From contig NZ_CP135009.1 of assembly GCF_039383305.1 (NCBI RefSeq), positions 360,001 to 392,000 of the forward strand: 32,000 bases of DNA, written 5' to 3'. Below the pieces are notes generated by a model. The model did not search any database, had not been told where the DNA came from, and saw nothing but the letters and a program-made list of their open reading frames with translations. Position 1 is the first letter of the stretch. Each line of letters begins with the position of its first letter. The DNA is from Candidatus Saccharimonadota bacterium. Lineage in GTDB: Bacteria > Pseudomonadota > Gammaproteobacteria > Enterobacterales > Enterobacteriaceae. The position numbers and the translations under genes were made by a program. Positions 1 to 10,265 of the stretch are shown piece after piece.

Positions 1-1
1 G

Positions 2-580
2 TGGGCTATTTTATTAGGAAAAAAAGAAACTGGTGTTAGCGCTTTCTTTCTGAATAAAAATCTTGATTCAGGCAAAATTATTTGTTCTTTAAAATGCCCT
101 ATAGAAAAAAAAGAAACATATAGTACGTTATCTGCAAAATTAGTTATTTTATCTTTAAATATTCTTCATCAAATTTTATCTATTTTTGCACAAAAAATCA
201 CTCCATATTCTAATTATCAAAATAAAAAATTAATTACTTATGCTCCAAAAATTTTTAAAAAACAAACACAACTTTATTGGACTCATTCTGCAAAAAAATT
301 AGATAGACAAATTCGTGCATTTTACCCTTCTCCCAACAGTTTTTTTTTTATAAAAAAAATTCGAATTAAAGTACTTAAAACAAAAACCCAAAATATAAAA
401 AAAAATAAAAATTTACAAATAGGTGAAATTATAAAAGCCAATAAAAAAGGAATTTATATCAATACAAAAAAAAACATATTAATATTAAAAAAAATTCAAA
501 TTCAAAATAAAAAACCTTTATATATTTCCGACATTTTAAATTCTAAAAAAAAATGGTTCTTACCAGGAACAATTTTATAA
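2..580 (+). CDS. fmt: Methionyl-tRNA formyltransferase, C-terminal part (5' end cut by window edge)
   Basis: Frame 2 is open from the window edge to TAA at 578-580. The translation WAILLGKKETGVSAFFLNKNLDSGKII...SKKKWFLPGTIL aligns with the C-terminal half of E. coli Fmt as I recall it (WAILNGEKETGVT...REWFVPGNRL). It is absent from the ORF track because it has no start codon. Confidence 0.85.
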   Translation, partial: WAILLGKKETGVSAFFLNKNLDSGKIICSLKCPIEKKETYSTLSAKLVILSLNILHQILSIFAQKITPYSNYQNKKLITYAPKIFKKQTQLYWTHSAKKLDRQIRAFYPSPNSFFFIKKIRIKVLKTKTQNIKKNKNLQIGEIIKANKKGIYINTKKNILILKKIQIQNKKPLYISDILNSKKKWFLPGTIL

Positions 581-602
581 AAAATTTATTTAAAAATTTT
601 TT

Positions 603-630
603 AAATAACGGCATAAAAATGCCGTTTTTT
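603..630. terminator. Bidirectional rho-independent terminator between convergent fmt and rplQ
   Basis: Perfect 7-bp GC-rich stem ACGGCAT (608-614) / ATGCCGT (619-625) with an AAAA loop. T6 follows on the + strand and a T/A-rich run follows on the - strand. It sits in the 104-nt gap between two convergent genes and is conspicuous against the nearly pure A+T background. Confidence 0.7.
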
Positions 631-684
631 ACAAAAAAAAATTCTTTCAAAATTTCAAAATATTTTAAGTTTTAAAAAAATTCT

Positions 685-1062
685 TTAAGTTATTTTTTTT
701 TTTTGAAAACGATCTATTAATTCTATATATGCTAAAATTGTATTATCTCCTTTTTTATAACCACATTTCAGAATTCGTAAATATCCACCTTTTCTTTCCT
801 TAAAATGAGGACCTAATGTTGTAAATAATTTATTAACTATTTCAGAATTACAAATACGAGAAAATATTAAACGACGATTAGAAACTGTATCTATTTTAGA
901 TAATGTAATTAGAGGCTCAACAAAACGTCGTAATTCTTTCGCTTTTGGTAATGTAGTTTTCAAAAATTCATATTTTAATAATGAACATGACATATTTCGA
1001 AACATAGAATTTAAATGAGAACGAGTTCGATTTAACAAACGTCCACTTTTTCTATGACGCAT
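685..1062 (-). CDS. rplQ: 50S ribosomal protein L17
   Basis: The 125-aa ORF starts [16 protein letters not shown], the canonical L17 N-terminus. It lies downstream of rpoA as in the alpha operon. ATG at 1060-1062 verified. Confidence 0.97.
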   Translation of the reverse strand: MRHRKSGRLLNRTRSHLNSMFRNMSCSLLKYEFLKTTLPKAKELRRFVEPLITLSKIDTVSNRRLIFSRICNSEIVNKLFTTLGPHFKERKGGYLRILKCGYKKGDNTILAYIELIDRFQKKKIT

Positions 1063-1118
1063 AATAATATTATCCTTCTTTTATTCTGACATACAATATA
1101 TAAATATCTTTTTTCACA

Positions 1119-2108
1119 TTAAATCTCTAACAAATCTACAGGAGGCCAATTCTCTAATTTCATTCCTAAAGATAATCCACGAGATGCTAATACATCTTTA
1201 ATTTCTGTTAATGATTTTTTACCTAAATTAGGTGTCTTTAATAATTCTACTTCTGTTTTCTGCACTAAATCTCCAATATAATGTATTTTTTCTGTTTTCA
1301 AACAATTAGCCGAACGTACTGTCAATTCTAAATCATCTACAGGACGTAATAGTACCGGTTCAAATTCTAATTTTTCTTCTAAAACAACTGGTTCTCTTAC
1401 CCCCCTTAAATCTACAAAAGATTCTAATTGTTCTGAAAGAATAGTAGCAGCACTACGAATAGCCTCTTCAGGATCAATTGTACCATTAGTTTCCATTTCT
1501 ATAATTAATTTATCTAAATCTGTACGTTGTTCTACTCTAGCAGATTCTACACTATATGAAATTCTTTCAATAGGACTATATGATGCATCCACAAATAATC
1601 TTCCTATAATATTACTATCCATATTCATTTTTTTTCTAGAAAAAGCAGTACTATACCCTCTCCCTCGAGATACAGTAATTCTCATAAAAATTGTAGTTTT
1701 AGGACAAGTTAAATGACATAAAATATGTAATGGATTAAAAATTTTAATAGAAGGATCTTCTGTAATATCTGAAGCATACACAGGACCTACACCTTGTTTT
1801 TTAACTGTTAATACAACTGTATCTCGATCAAAAATTTTTATAGATAATCCTTTTAAATTTAATAAAACTTCAAATATATCTTCTTGAATACCTTCTTTAA
1901 CCATATATTCATGTAAAATTCCTTCAATTTCAACTTCTGTAACAGCACAACCCGACATAGAAGACAATAAAATTCTTCGCAATGCAGTTCCTAAAGTATA
2001 TCCAAAACCACGTTCTAAAGGTTCTAAAGTAACTTTTACATGTGTAGGACTTAACTTCTCAATATCTACTAAACGAGGTTTTAAAAAATCTTTTACAAAA
2101 TTAGACAT
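1119..2108 (-). CDS. rpoA: DNA-directed RNA polymerase alpha subunit
   Basis: The 329-aa ORF is colinear with E. coli RpoA (LKPRLVDIE...[15 protein letters not shown]-like N-terminal domain, C-terminal domain with [12 protein letters not shown]). A GAGGAAGAGG SD precedes the ATG. Confidence 0.98.
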   Translation of the reverse strand: MSNFVKDFLKPRLVDIEKLSPTHVKVTLEPLERGFGYTLGTALRRILLSSMSGCAVTEVEIEGILHEYMVKEGIQEDIFEVLLNLKGLSIKIFDRDTVVLTVKKQGVGPVYASDITEDPSIKIFNPLHILCHLTCPKTTIFMRITVSRGRGYSTAFSRKKMNMDSNIIGRLFVDASYSPIERISYSVESARVEQRTDLDKLIIEMETNGTIDPEEAIRSAATILSEQLESFVDLRGVREPVVLEEKLEFEPVLLRPVDDLELTVRSANCLKTEKIHYIGDLVQKTEVELLKTPNLGKKSLTEIKDVLASRGLSLGMKLENWPPVDLLEI

Positions 2109-2136
2109 CCTCTTCCTCTAAATAAACTCTAAATTT

Positions 2137-2757
2137 TTATTTTGAATATAACTCAATAATTAAATGTTCATTAATTTCTGCTGATAACTCACTACGTTCA
2201 GGTAATTTCTGAAAAACCCCTTCCATATTTTTATGATCAACACTTAACCAATGAATGGGTTCACGTACACGAAATAATTCTAAAGCTGCTAAAATACGAA
2301 CTTGTTTCTTCGAACTTTTTCGAATCGAAATTTTATCTTCAGGAAAAACATGATAAGAAGGAATATTTACTATAATATTATTTACTAAAATTAATTTATG
2401 ACTAATAATTTGACGAGCTTCAGATCGAGTCACGCTAAACCCCATACGATATATAATATTATCTAATCGTGATTCTAATAAACACAACAAATTATATCCG
2501 GTATTTCCCTTTAAATTTAGAGCTTTTTTAAAATAATTTCTAAATTGTTTTTCTAAAATACCATACAAACGACGTACTTTTTGTTTTTCACGTAACTGAA
2601 TTCCATATTCTGATAAACGAGATTTTCTAGCTCCATGCTGTCCTGGAGCTTTATCTAATTTACATTTAGATTCAATCGACCTTACTCCTGATTTCAAAAA
2701 TAAATCAGTACCCTCACGACGACTTAACTTTAATTTTGGACCTAAATATTTAGACAT
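2137..2757 (-). CDS. rpsD: 30S ribosomal protein S4
   Basis: 206 aa, starting [25 protein letters not shown], which matches the S4 N-terminus. Alpha-operon position. Confidence 0.97.
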   Translation of the reverse strand: MSKYLGPKLKLSRREGTDLFLKSGVRSIESKCKLDKAPGQHGARKSRLSEYGIQLREKQKVRRLYGILEKQFRNYFKKALNLKGNTGYNLLCLLESRLDNIIYRMGFSVTRSEARQIISHKLILVNNIIVNIPSYHVFPEDKISIRKSSKKQVRILAALELFRVREPIHWLSVDHKNMEGVFQKLPERSELSAEINEHLIIELYSK

Positions 2758-2788
2758 TTATTATATTCTTCCTGTGAAATTATAAGAG

Positions 2789-3181
2789 TTATACTCTTCT
2801 TTTTTTTGGTGGACGACATCCATTATGAGGTATAGGTGTAATATCTGTAATATTAGTAATTTTGAAACCAGCCATATTTAATGCTCGAATTGTAGATTCT
2901 CTACCTGGACCTGGTCCTTTAACCATTACTTCTAATGTTTTAATTCCATAAGATTTAACAAGTTCTGAGCAACGTTCTGCTGCAACTTGCGCCGCAAATG
3001 GAGTAGATTTTCTTGAACCCCGAAAACCAGAACCCCCCGCAGTAGCCCAACCTAATGTATTACCTATTCGATCTGTAATAGTAATAATAGTATTATTAAA
3101 TGAAGCATGAATATATGCTATACCTTCCAAAATTTGTTTTTTAATTCGTTTTTTTAAACGCCCTTTAATAATCTTTGACAT
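2789..3181 (-). CDS. rpsK: 30S ribosomal protein S11
   Basis: 130 aa, with [46 protein letters not shown] typical of S11. Confidence 0.97.
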   Translation of the reverse strand: MSKIIKGRLKKRIKKQILEGIAYIHASFNNTIITITDRIGNTLGWATAGGSGFRGSRKSTPFAAQVAAERCSELVKSYGIKTLEVMVKGPGPGRESTIRALNMAGFKITNITDITPIPHNGCRPPKKRRV

Positions 3182-3207
3182 ATAAAATATTTTCCTATTT
3201 AAAATTT

Positions 3208-3564
3208 TTATTTTTTAATTAATTTTCTAGGACCTTTACAAGTACGTGCGTTTGTTTTAGTTCTTTGACCTCTAACGGGTAAATGTTTACGATGACGTAA
3301 ACCACGATAACATCCTAAATCCATTAATCTTTTTATACTAATAGAATTTTTACGTCTTAATTCACCTTCTACAACATAATGCAAAATAATTTTTCGTAAA
3401 TTTTCAAGTTCTTGAATATCTAAAGTACTAACTTTTTTACAAAATTTAATACCAGCTAAAATACAAATTTTTTTTGAAAGTGTTTTTCCTATACCATAAA
3501 TTGACATTAAAGAAATTAATATATGTTTATGATCCGGAATATTCACTCCAGAAATACGAGCCAT
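3208..3564 (-). CDS. rpsM: 30S ribosomal protein S13
   Basis: 118 aa, with the [14 protein letters not shown]... S13 N-terminus. Confidence 0.97.
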   Translation of the reverse strand: MARISGVNIPDHKHILISLMSIYGIGKTLSKKICILAGIKFCKKVSTLDIQELENLRKIILHYVVEGELRRKNSISIKRLMDLGCYRGLRHRKHLPVRGQRTKTNARTCKGPRKLIKK

Positions 3565-3648
3565 TAATTTTTTCCTTTAAAAATAATTACTATAAAAATT
3601 TTATAATTAATTTTTACGAATATAAATTTTCCTAAAAAAATAAATATA

Positions 3649-3765
3649 TTATCCTTGACGTTGTTTATGTTTAGGATTATTTAAACAAATTACTCTAATA
3701 ACTCTCTTCCTACGCACAATTTTACAATCACGACAAAATTTTTTCACAGAAGTACGTACTTTCAT
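3649..3765 (-). CDS. rpmJ: 50S ribosomal protein L36
   Basis: Not in the ORF track. Hand translation of the minus strand gives [38 protein letters not shown] (38 aa). That is near-identical to E. coli L36 ([38 protein letters not shown]). It sits between secY and rpsM as in the spc operon. Confidence 0.95.
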   Translation of the reverse strand: MKVRTSVKKFCRDCKIVRRKRVIRVICLNNPKHKQRQG

Positions 3766-3805
3766 ATATCCTCTTATAAAAAATAATAAATTAATCCTCT
3801 AAAAA

Positions 3806-5134
3806 TTAATTTTTTAAATATAAATTTGATTTTTTTAATAAAGATTTATATTGCATTGAAAGTAATAAAGTTTGAATCTGAGAAATCAAATCAATAATAA
3901 CTGATACTACAATTAACAAAGAAGTTCCTCCAAAATAAAAAGGAACGTGAAAAAAATATCGAATTAAATCTGGTAATATACAAATACTAACAATATAAAA
4001 AGATCCTAAACACGTTAAACGAAAAACTATTCTATTAATGTATTTAGCGGTATTAGGTCCAGGACGAATCCCAGGTAAAAATGCACCAGATTTTTTTAAA
4101 TTATTTGAAACTTCTACAACATTAAATGTAAAACCTGTATAAAAAAAACAAAAAAAAACTGTAAAAATTACATATAAAATTAAATATATTATATGATGAG
4201 GTCTTAAAAAAGAAACTAAAAAAAAAATCCATTTTTTACAATGAAAAAAATGCCCTAAATAAGTCATAAAAATCGTTGGAAATAAAATTAAACTAGAAGC
4301 AAAAATAGAAGGCATCACTCCAGACATATTTACTTTTAATGGTAAATAACTATTTCGTGAAATCCCTATATTACAATTACTCTGTTTTTTTGAATAAAAA
4401 ACTAAAATTTTTCTCTGACTTCTTTCAATATAAATCACTAGAAAAATTACTAAAAAAATTAATATAATAATTAATAACAATGTCCAAAATTGTATTTTTT
4501 TATCTTGAAATCTCTCTAAAGTTTTAAAAATAGAACTAGGCAACTTTGAAATTATTCCAATAAAAATAATAACAGAAATACCATTTCCTAAACCATTTGC
4601 AGTAATTAATTCACCTAACCACATTAAAAACATAGTTCCAGTAACCAAACTAATACTAGAAAGCAAATAAAAAAAAAGACTTTTTTCTAATAAAATATTT
4701 TCCATACCCGGAATAAATGGCAATCCCATTAATAAACTAAAAGCTTGAATTAAAGATAAACACAATGTTATATATTTTGTATATTTTTCGATATTATTTT
4801 GACCATATATTAAATCCTTTTTCATTCTTTTAAAAAAAGGAATAAAAAAAGTTAAAAATTGCATAATGATAGACGAAGAAATATAAGGCATTACACCTAA
4901 CGCAAAAATAGAAGAACGACTTAAAGAACCTCCCGAAAACATATTTAACATATCTAAAAATGTTCCATTCGTTTTTTTTGCTAAAAAATTTTGTAAAACA
5001 TATGCATTAATTCCGGGAATAGGAATAAAAGAACCAATACGAAATATTAAAATTGAAATTATAACAAACCAAATTTTTTTTTTTAAACTTTGTAAACTTG
5101 TAATATTTATTTTTTTATTCATATTTTTGCTCAT
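3806..5134 (-). CDS. secY: Protein translocase subunit SecY
   Basis: 442 aa, multi-pass membrane protein with [35 protein letters not shown] and KKSGAF.PGIRPG motifs. Its ATG overlaps the rplO TGA stop (ATGA at 5131-5134). Confidence 0.97.
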   Translation of the reverse strand: MSKNMNKKINITSLQSLKKKIWFVIISILIFRIGSFIPIPGINAYVLQNFLAKKTNGTFLDMLNMFSGGSLSRSSIFALGVMPYISSSIIMQFLTFFIPFFKRMKKDLIYGQNNIEKYTKYITLCLSLIQAFSLLMGLPFIPGMENILLEKSLFFYLLSSISLVTGTMFLMWLGELITANGLGNGISVIIFIGIISKLPSSIFKTLERFQDKKIQFWTLLLIIILIFLVIFLVIYIERSQRKILVFYSKKQSNCNIGISRNSYLPLKVNMSGVMPSIFASSLILFPTIFMTYLGHFFHCKKWIFFLVSFLRPHHIIYLILYVIFTVFFCFFYTGFTFNVVEVSNNLKKSGAFLPGIRPGPNTAKYINRIVFRLTCLGSFYIVSICILPDLIRYFFHVPFYFGGTSLLIVVSVIIDLISQIQTLLLSMQYKSLLKKSNLYLKN

Positions 5135-5577
5135 ACTATATTAGAATTTTTAATTTTTCCTCCACATGCTTCAAATAATTCTTTAGCTCCTTTTGTAATT
5201 TTGAGATCTTCAATAATAATTTTCTTTTTAAAAAAATATGACTTAATAATTTTTACAAATTTTATATTTTGTTTTATAATTTTTTTTTTTTTTAAAAAAG
5301 AAATATTAATTAAAGAATTTTCCTCTACATTTAATAATTGTGATAATTTTACTTCTATAGTACTTTTCTTTTTTTTAGATACGAATCCAAATTTAGGAAT
5401 ACGACGATATAAAGGTGTTTGTCCACCTTCAAACCCTCTTCTAATTTTGCCTCCTGATCTAGATTTTTGACCTTTATGACCTCTCCCACTAGTTTTTCCT
5501 AATCCAGATCCAATACCGCGTCCAACTCTTTTTTTATTTTTTTTTTTAATAGACAAAATAAAAGAATTTAAATTCAT
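5131..5577 (-). CDS. rplO: 50S ribosomal protein L15
   Basis: 148 aa, with the L15 core [27 protein letters not shown]. Contains a 14-nt poly(A) tract on the coding strand (LKKKKI). Confidence 0.95.
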   Translation of the reverse strand: MNLNSFILSIKKKNKKRVGRGIGSGLGKTSGRGHKGQKSRSGGKIRRGFEGGQTPLYRRIPKFGFVSKKKKSTIEVKLSQLLNVEENSLINISFLKKKKIIKQNIKFVKIIKSYFFKKKIIIEDLKITKGAKELFEACGGKIKNSNIV

Positions 5578-5579
5578 TT

Positions 5580-5762
5580 TTAAGAATCTCCTATAATTTT
5601 AATCATATAATTTACTTTTTTTAACATTCCTTGAATTGCTTCTGTATTTTCTCTAACTACTACATCACCAATTTTTCGTAAACCTAAACCTAACATTGTT
5701 GCTTTATGTACCGGTAAACGTCCAATTTGACTTTTAACTTGCATAATTTTTATATATTTCAT
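5580..5762 (-). CDS. rpmD: 50S ribosomal protein L30
   Basis: 60 aa, [29 protein letters not shown] matches L30. Spc-operon position. Confidence 0.95.
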   Translation of the reverse strand: MKYIKIMQVKSQIGRLPVHKATMLGLGLRKIGDVVVRENTEAIQGMLKKVNYMIKIIGDS

Positions 5763-5771
5763 TAGATAATT

Positions 5772-6266
5772 TTATCCTAATATTTCACTTAAATTTTTTC
5801 CACGCTTTTTAGCAACCATCTCTGGAGAACGCAGTTTTTTTAAACCATCTATAGTAGCCCGTACTACATTAATTGGATTTGTAGATCCAAAAGTTTTAGC
5901 TAATACATCATGAATTCCTACTACTTCTAAAACAGATCTCATAGCACCTCCAGCAATAATACCTGTTCCATCAGAAGCAGGTTTCATAAAAATTAAAGAT
6001 CCTGTATGATTTCCATATACTTGATGATATAAAGTATGTTTAAATAAATAAATTAAAATCATATTCCTACGAGCTTTTTCCATAGACTTTTGAATAGCAG
6101 CTGGAACTTCTCTAGCTTTACCATATCCAAAGCCAATACGACCTTCTCCATTTCCTACTACTGTTAAAGCTGTAAAAGAAAAAATACGTCCCCCTTTTAC
6201 TGTTTTCGAAACACGGTTCACAGTAATTAATTTTTCTTTTAAATCTCCAAATAATTTTTTTTCCAT
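5772..6266 (-). CDS. rpsE: 30S ribosomal protein S5
   Basis: 164 aa, with [52 protein letters not shown] typical of S5. Confidence 0.97.
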   Translation of the reverse strand: MEKKLFGDLKEKLITVNRVSKTVKGGRIFSFTALTVVGNGEGRIGFGYGKAREVPAAIQKSMEKARRNMILIYLFKHTLYHQVYGNHTGSLIFMKPASDGTGIIAGGAMRSVLEVVGIHDVLAKTFGSTNPINVVRATIDGLKKLRSPEMVAKKRGKNLSEILG

Positions 6267-6281
6267 ATATCCTCTATAATA

Positions 6282-6647
6282 TTAAAAAATTAAACCAGTA
6301 TTTCGAGCTGAATCAGCTAACATTTTAATACGACCATGATATCTAAATCCAGAACGATCAAAAGAAACTTTTTTAATTCCTTTTTTTAAAGCTCTAGTAG
6401 CAATTAAAATTCCTATAAACCGAGCAGCTAATTTATTTCCAGAATATAATAATTCTTTTTGAAAATCTTTTTCTACAGTAGATGCGCTTACATGTACAAA
6501 TGCCGTAGTACTACAAATAATTTGAGCATAAATATGCCTTAAACTACGAAAAACTACAAAACGTAATAAAGAAAATTTTTGCAAATTTTTTCTTAATTTT
6601 CTATACCTACGTATTCTTTTAATTTTTTTATTCAAAAATCCTTTCAT
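6282..6647 (-). CDS. rplR: 50S ribosomal protein L18
   Basis: 121 aa, with the RSLRHIYAQII...ASTVEK...SFDRSGFRYHGRIKMLADSAR L18 signature. Confidence 0.95.
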   Translation of the reverse strand: MKGFLNKKIKRIRRYRKLRKNLQKFSLLRFVVFRSLRHIYAQIICSTTAFVHVSASTVEKDFQKELLYSGNKLAARFIGILIATRALKKGIKKVSFDRSGFRYHGRIKMLADSARNTGLIF

Positions 6648-6648
6648 A

Positions 6649-7188
6649 TTATTTTTTTTTAGCCTCTTTTAACCGTATTTTTTCATCAAAATAACGAATT
6701 CCTTTTCCTTTATAAGGTTCAGGTATACGAAAAGAACGTATGTTAGCAGCTACTTGTCCAACTAATTGCTTATTACAACTTTTTAATTCTAATTCGTTTT
6801 GAGATACAACCAAAACAGATACATTTAATGGTAATTTATACACTATAGGATGAGAAAAACCTAATAACATTTTTAAAGAATGAGCTCCTTCTAAAGAAAT
6901 ACGATAACCCACACCTAAAAATTGTAATTTTTTTACAAATCTTTTAGTAACACCATAAATCATAGATTTCACTAAAGATTTACATGTACCTGCTTGCATC
7001 CATTGTTTTTTGTTGTTAAGATTTCGACTCCTAAAAATTAAAAAACCCTGATTTATTTTTAAAATAATATTCTTATGTAATTTTTGCATTAATGTTCCAT
7101 ATTTTCCGGTAACAATAACTTGATTTATATCTAACGAAATTTTTATATCTTCTGGAATTTTTATAGGTACTTTTGCTAAACGAGACAT
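6649..7188 (-). CDS. rplF: 50S ribosomal protein L6
   Basis: 179 aa, from MSRLAKVPIKIP to the RIPEPYKGKGIRY...KEAKKK C-terminus, as in E. coli L6. Confidence 0.97.
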   Translation of the reverse strand: MSRLAKVPIKIPEDIKISLDINQVIVTGKYGTLMQKLHKNIILKINQGFLIFRSRNLNNKKQWMQAGTCKSLVKSMIYGVTKRFVKKLQFLGVGYRISLEGAHSLKMLLGFSHPIVYKLPLNVSVLVVSQNELELKSCNKQLVGQVAANIRSFRIPEPYKGKGIRYFDEKIRLKEAKKK

Positions 7189-7212
7189 ATTTTCCTCTAT
7201 ATTATTAAAAAA

Positions 7213-7605
7213 TTATTCTATAGCACACAGAAGTTCTCCACCTATACCTAAAATACGAGCTTTTCTATCAGTCATAACTCCCTGAGAAGTAGTAAGAATA
7301 ACAACCCCTAATCCTTCTAATGAATAAGGAATTGATTTTCTTTTATTATATTTACGTAAACTTGGTTTACTTAATCTATAAATTTTTTCTATAACCGGTT
7401 TTCCTTGAAAATACTTAAAATATATCTGAATTTCTTTTTTAATCATAGAAGTAATTAAAAAATTCTCTATATATCCTTCTTCTTGCATAATCTTCAAAAT
7501 ATTTTTTTTTAATTTTGAATAAGGTATTTTAATAAAAATTTTATTAGATTTTTGTCCATTTCGTATACTAGTTAACATATTAGAAATAGGATCATGTATA
7601 CTCAT
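7213..7605 (-). CDS. rpsH: 30S ribosomal protein S8
   Basis: The track ORF (to 7617) begins at a GTG. The ATG at 7603-7605 gives MSIHDPISNMLTSIRNG (130 aa), colinear with E. coli S8 (MSMQDPIADMLTRIRNG). It is preceded by AGTGAG. Confidence 0.95.
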   Translation of the reverse strand: MSIHDPISNMLTSIRNGQKSNKIFIKIPYSKLKKNILKIMQEEGYIENFLITSMIKKEIQIYFKYFQGKPVIEKIYRLSKPSLRKYNKRKSIPYSLEGLGVVILTTSQGVMTDRKARILGIGGELLCAIE

Positions 7606-7665
7606 TATATATCTCACTTTAAAATTATATATTTACAAAATTTTCAATTTTTAAATACTAAAAAA

Positions 7666-7971
7666 TTACCAACTAGCTTTTGTTAATCCCGGAATTTCAC
7701 CACGCATTGCTGCTTCACGTAATTTTATACGACTTAAACCAAATTTTCTTAAAAAAGCATGAGGCCTTCCTGTCTGCCGACAACGATTTCTTTGACGCGT
7801 AGGACTTGAATCCCTAGGAAATTTTTGTAATTTTAACATAGCTTCCCATTTTTCTTTTTCTGTACTAGTCTGATTTAAAATAATTTTTTTTAATTTTAAA
7901 CGTAATAAAAAAAATTTTTTAGATAATTTAATACGTTTTTTTTCACGTTCTCGCATTGATTTTTTAGCCAT
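7666..7971 (-). CDS. rpsN: 30S ribosomal protein S14
   Basis: 101 aa, from [13 protein letters not shown] to the [22 protein letters not shown]-terminus typical of S14. Confidence 0.97.
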   Translation of the reverse strand: MAKKSMREREKKRIKLSKKFFLLRLKLKKIILNQTSTEKEKWEAMLKLQKFPRDSSPTRQRNRCRQTGRPHAFLRKFGLSRIKLREAAMRGEIPGLTKASW

Positions 7972-7991
7972 ATTATCCTTCTTATTTCATT

Positions 7992-8531
7992 TTACTTACG
8001 AAATGGAAAATTAAATTGATTTAATAATTCATAACTCTCTTGATTAGTATGAGAATTAATCACAATCGTAATATTTAACCCTCTTAAACTATCAATTTTA
8101 TCATACTCAATTTCTGGAAAAATAATTTGCTCTTTAATTCCTAAACTATAATTCCCGAATCCATCAAAAGATTTTTGCGACAAACCTCTAAAATCTCGAA
8201 TACGTGGTATAACAACAGTAATTAATTTATCCAAAAAATCCCATTTTCTTAATCCCCGTAAAGTAACTTTACATCCAATAGGATACCCTTTACGAATTTT
8301 AAAACTTGCAATAGATTTTTTAGCACGTGTTATATAAGGTTTTTGACCGGAAATTTTCATCAAATCTTGACATGCAAAATCTAAATTTTTTTTATTAATA
8401 ACTGATTTTCCAACTCCCATATTTAACACTATTTTTTCAATCTTAGGAACTGCCATAATACTTGTATATTTTAATTTTTTAACTAAATTCGGAACTACCG
8501 AATCATAATATAATTTTAACAATCTAGACAT
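7992..8531 (-). CDS. rplE: 50S ribosomal protein L5
   Basis: 179 aa, with the L5 pattern LNMGVG...[23 protein letters not shown]. Confidence 0.97.
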   Translation of the reverse strand: MSRLLKLYYDSVVPNLVKKLKYTSIMAVPKIEKIVLNMGVGKSVINKKNLDFACQDLMKISGQKPYITRAKKSIASFKIRKGYPIGCKVTLRGLRKWDFLDKLITVVIPRIRDFRGLSQKSFDGFGNYSLGIKEQIIFPEIEYDKIDSLRGLNITIVINSHTNQESYELLNQFNFPFRK

Positions 8532-8544
8532 AATTTTTCTTTTT

Positions 8545-8862
8545 TTATTCCACCAAAGTTTTTGTTAATTTAAAAAATCTTTGTCGTTTTTTTTTAAAAA
8601 ATTTAAAAAAAACTTTATCAGCTTTTTTAATCTCTTTGTTAAATAAAGCTATATTCGATATATGAATAGGGGCTTCTTTTTTTAAAATTCCTCCTAATTG
8701 ATTACGTTCAGGAACTGATTTTTGATGTTTAAAAACTAAATTAACACCTTCTATAAACACCATTTTATTACTATAATCAATTTTCTTAATAAAACCTGTT
8801 TCTCCTTTACACCGACCTGATATTATAATCACAAAATCTTTATTATGTATTTTAGCTGCCAT
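8545..8862 (-). CDS. rplX: 50S ribosomal protein L24
   Basis: The track ORF starts two codons earlier (8868). The ATG at 8860-8862 gives MAAKI..., matching E. coli L24 (MAAKIRRDD). It is also correctly spaced from the AAGGA SD, which directly abuts the upstream ATG. Confidence 0.93.
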   Translation of the reverse strand: MAAKIHNKDFVIIISGRCKGETGFIKKIDYSNKMVFIEGVNLVFKHQKSVPERNQLGGILKKEAPIHISNIALFNKEIKKADKVFFKFFKKKRQRFFKLTKTLVE

Positions 8863-8876
8863 AAACATTCCTTTTT

Positions 8877-9248
8877 TTATAAAACTTCTGGTGCTAATGA
8901 AATAATTTTCATAAATTTTTCTATACGTAACTCACGTGTAACAGGTCCAAAAATTCTAGTACCAATAGGTTGTTCAGTAGTGTTATTTAATAAAATACAC
9001 GAATTCCTATCAAAACGAATAACTGATCCATCTATTCTAGAAATTGAATTTTTAGTACGTACTATCACTGCTTTTAATACTTCCCCTTTCTTAACTTTAC
9101 CCCTCGGTATAGCTTCTTTTACTGCAATTTTTATTATATCTCCTACACTCGCATATCTACGACGAGATCCACCTAAAACTTTTATACAAATAGCTAAACG
9201 AGCCCCAGAATTATCAGCAACATATAAAACAGTTTGAACTTGAATCAT
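8877..9248 (-). CDS. rplN: 50S ribosomal protein L14
   Basis: 123 aa, [17 protein letters not shown]... is the canonical L14. First gene of the spc operon. Confidence 0.98.
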   Translation of the reverse strand: MIQVQTVLYVADNSGARLAICIKVLGGSRRRYASVGDIIKIAVKEAIPRGKVKKGEVLKAVIVRTKNSISRIDGSVIRFDRNSCILLNNTTEQPIGTRIFGPVTRELRIEKFMKIISLAPEVL

Positions 9249-9321
9249 ATATATTTTTTCCTTATAAAAATAATAATATCAAATACAATATCAAAATAAT
9301 ATAATATTTTACTAATTGTAT

Positions 9322-9362
9322 AGAAGACATGAAAAAAATTTTTAAAAAACTTCATGTCTTCT
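9322..9362 (-). terminator. Perfect 12-bp hairpin at the S10/spc operon boundary (candidate S10-operon terminator or processing structure)
   Basis: AGAAGACATGAA (9322-9333) pairs perfectly with TTCATGTCTTCT (9351-9362) across a 17-nt A/T loop. The stem can extend by a few A-T and G-U pairs. It lies in the 128-nt rpsQ-rplN spacer, where E. coli has the S10 terminator and spc promoter. The clean T-run follows the stem only on the + strand, so its role as a minus-strand terminator is uncertain. Confidence 0.5.
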
Positions 9363-9376
9363 GTATTTTTTAATAC

Positions 9377-9640
9377 TTAAACAATATTATTAGAAGATTT
9401 TTTAACAATTTGTAATAATTTCCAAGATTTTAACTTAGAAAGTGGACGACATTCAAAAATTTTTACTAAATCTCCAATCATACAAATATTTTCTTCATCA
9501 TGTACATAAAATTTAGTACGTTTTTGAACAATTTTTTTATATACAGAATGTTTAATCCTACGATTGACAATAACTACCACAGTTTTCTGCATTTTATTAC
9601 TAATCACCACACCTTCTAAAACATTTTTTTTAGAACTCAC
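9377..9640 (-). CDS. rpsQ: 30S ribosomal protein S17
   Basis: 87 aa, with the S17 core L.G.V.S.KM.KT.VV...R..KH..Y.K.....K...HDE.N....GD.V.I.ECRPLSK.KSW. The start is a GTG overlapping the rpmC TGA stop (GTGA). Confidence 0.95.
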   Translation of the reverse strand: MSSKKNVLEGVVISNKMQKTVVVIVNRRIKHSVYKKIVQKRTKFYVHDEENICMIGDLVKIFECRPLSKLKSWKLLQIVKKSSNNIV

Positions 9641-9834
9641 GAATTTTTTACCTTATAAACAAGAAAAGTTTTTAAACGAGCAATATTTCTACGAACCTTA
9701 CGTAATAAATGAGTTTGTTTTAATTTTCCAGAAGAAATTCTCATTCTCAAATTAAATTTTTCTCTTAAAAAATCTAAAAGCAATACTTTTATTTCTTCTA
9801 TAGATTTTAATTTTAACTGTTGAAATTTTAACAT
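9637..9834 (-). CDS. rpmC: 50S ribosomal protein L29
   Basis: 65 aa, [38 protein letters not shown] matches the L29 pattern. Confidence 0.95.
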   Translation of the reverse strand: MLKFQQLKLKSIEEIKVLLLDFLREKFNLRMRISSGKLKQTHLLRKVRRNIARLKTFLVYKVKNS

Positions 9835-9836
9835 AT

Positions 9837-10247
9837 TTAGATTACCATTTTTGTCACAAATATTGTTTTAATAGGTAATTTTGATGCAGCTAATTTTAAA
9901 GCAACTCGAGACTCTTCTTCTGTAATTCCTTTAATTTCATATAAAATTTTTCCTGGTTGTATTAAAGACACCCAATATTCTACATTTCCTTTACCTTTTC
10001 CCATTCTCACTTCTAAAGGTTTTTGTGTAATAGGTTTATCTGGAAAAATACGTATCCAAATTTTTCCTAATCGTTTAACATAACGCGTCATAGTCCGCCT
10101 AGCTGATTCAATTTGACGAGACGTTAAACGACCTCTTTCAATAGCTTTTAAACCAAAATCTCCAAAATGAATTTTATCATTTATAACTAAACCACGATTA
10201 CGTCCTTTATGCATTTTACGAAATTTTGTACGTTTAGGTTGTAACAT
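9837..10247 (-). CDS. rplP: 50S ribosomal protein L16
   Basis: The track ORF extends to 10265. The ATG at 10245-10247 gives [20 protein letters not shown], identical in register to E. coli L16 (136 aa). GGAG lies 8 nt upstream. Confidence 0.95.
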   Translation of the reverse strand: MLQPKRTKFRKMHKGRNRGLVINDKIHFGDFGLKAIERGRLTSRQIESARRTMTRYVKRLGKIWIRIFPDKPITQKPLEVRMGKGKGNVEYWVSLIQPGKILYEIKGITEEESRVALKLAASKLPIKTIFVTKMVI

Positions 10248-10265
10248 ATTCAAAACTCCATACAT

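Noticed and set aside
5201-5470. 89-aa + strand ORF
   Set aside because: It lies fully antisense to the conserved rplO gene. Its product is low-complexity F/I/K/L-rich, and the frame is open only because it mirrors a Lys/Gly-rich gene. No SD.
7606-7617. N-terminal extensions in the ORF track as possible novel leader domains. Affected ORFs: rpsH to 7617, rplX to 8868, rplP to 10265, rplV to 11345, rplC to 14054, rpsJ to 14410, fusA to 17931, tusB to 19253, ssb to 26972.
   Set aside because: Most extensions start at TTG or GTG codons; the rplX, rplP and tusB extensions start at ATG. They run into the upstream gene or spacer and have no homology. In each case an internal ATG restores the exact E. 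coli N-terminus and is correctly spaced from a GGAG-like SD.
8845-9237. 130-aa + strand ORF
   Set aside because: It is antisense to the whole of rplN (L14), a highly conserved gene, with no recognisable similarity. This is a typical shadow ORF.
9564-9755. 63-aa + strand ORF
   Set aside because: Antisense shadow ORF spanning the rpsQ/rpmC junction. Low complexity.
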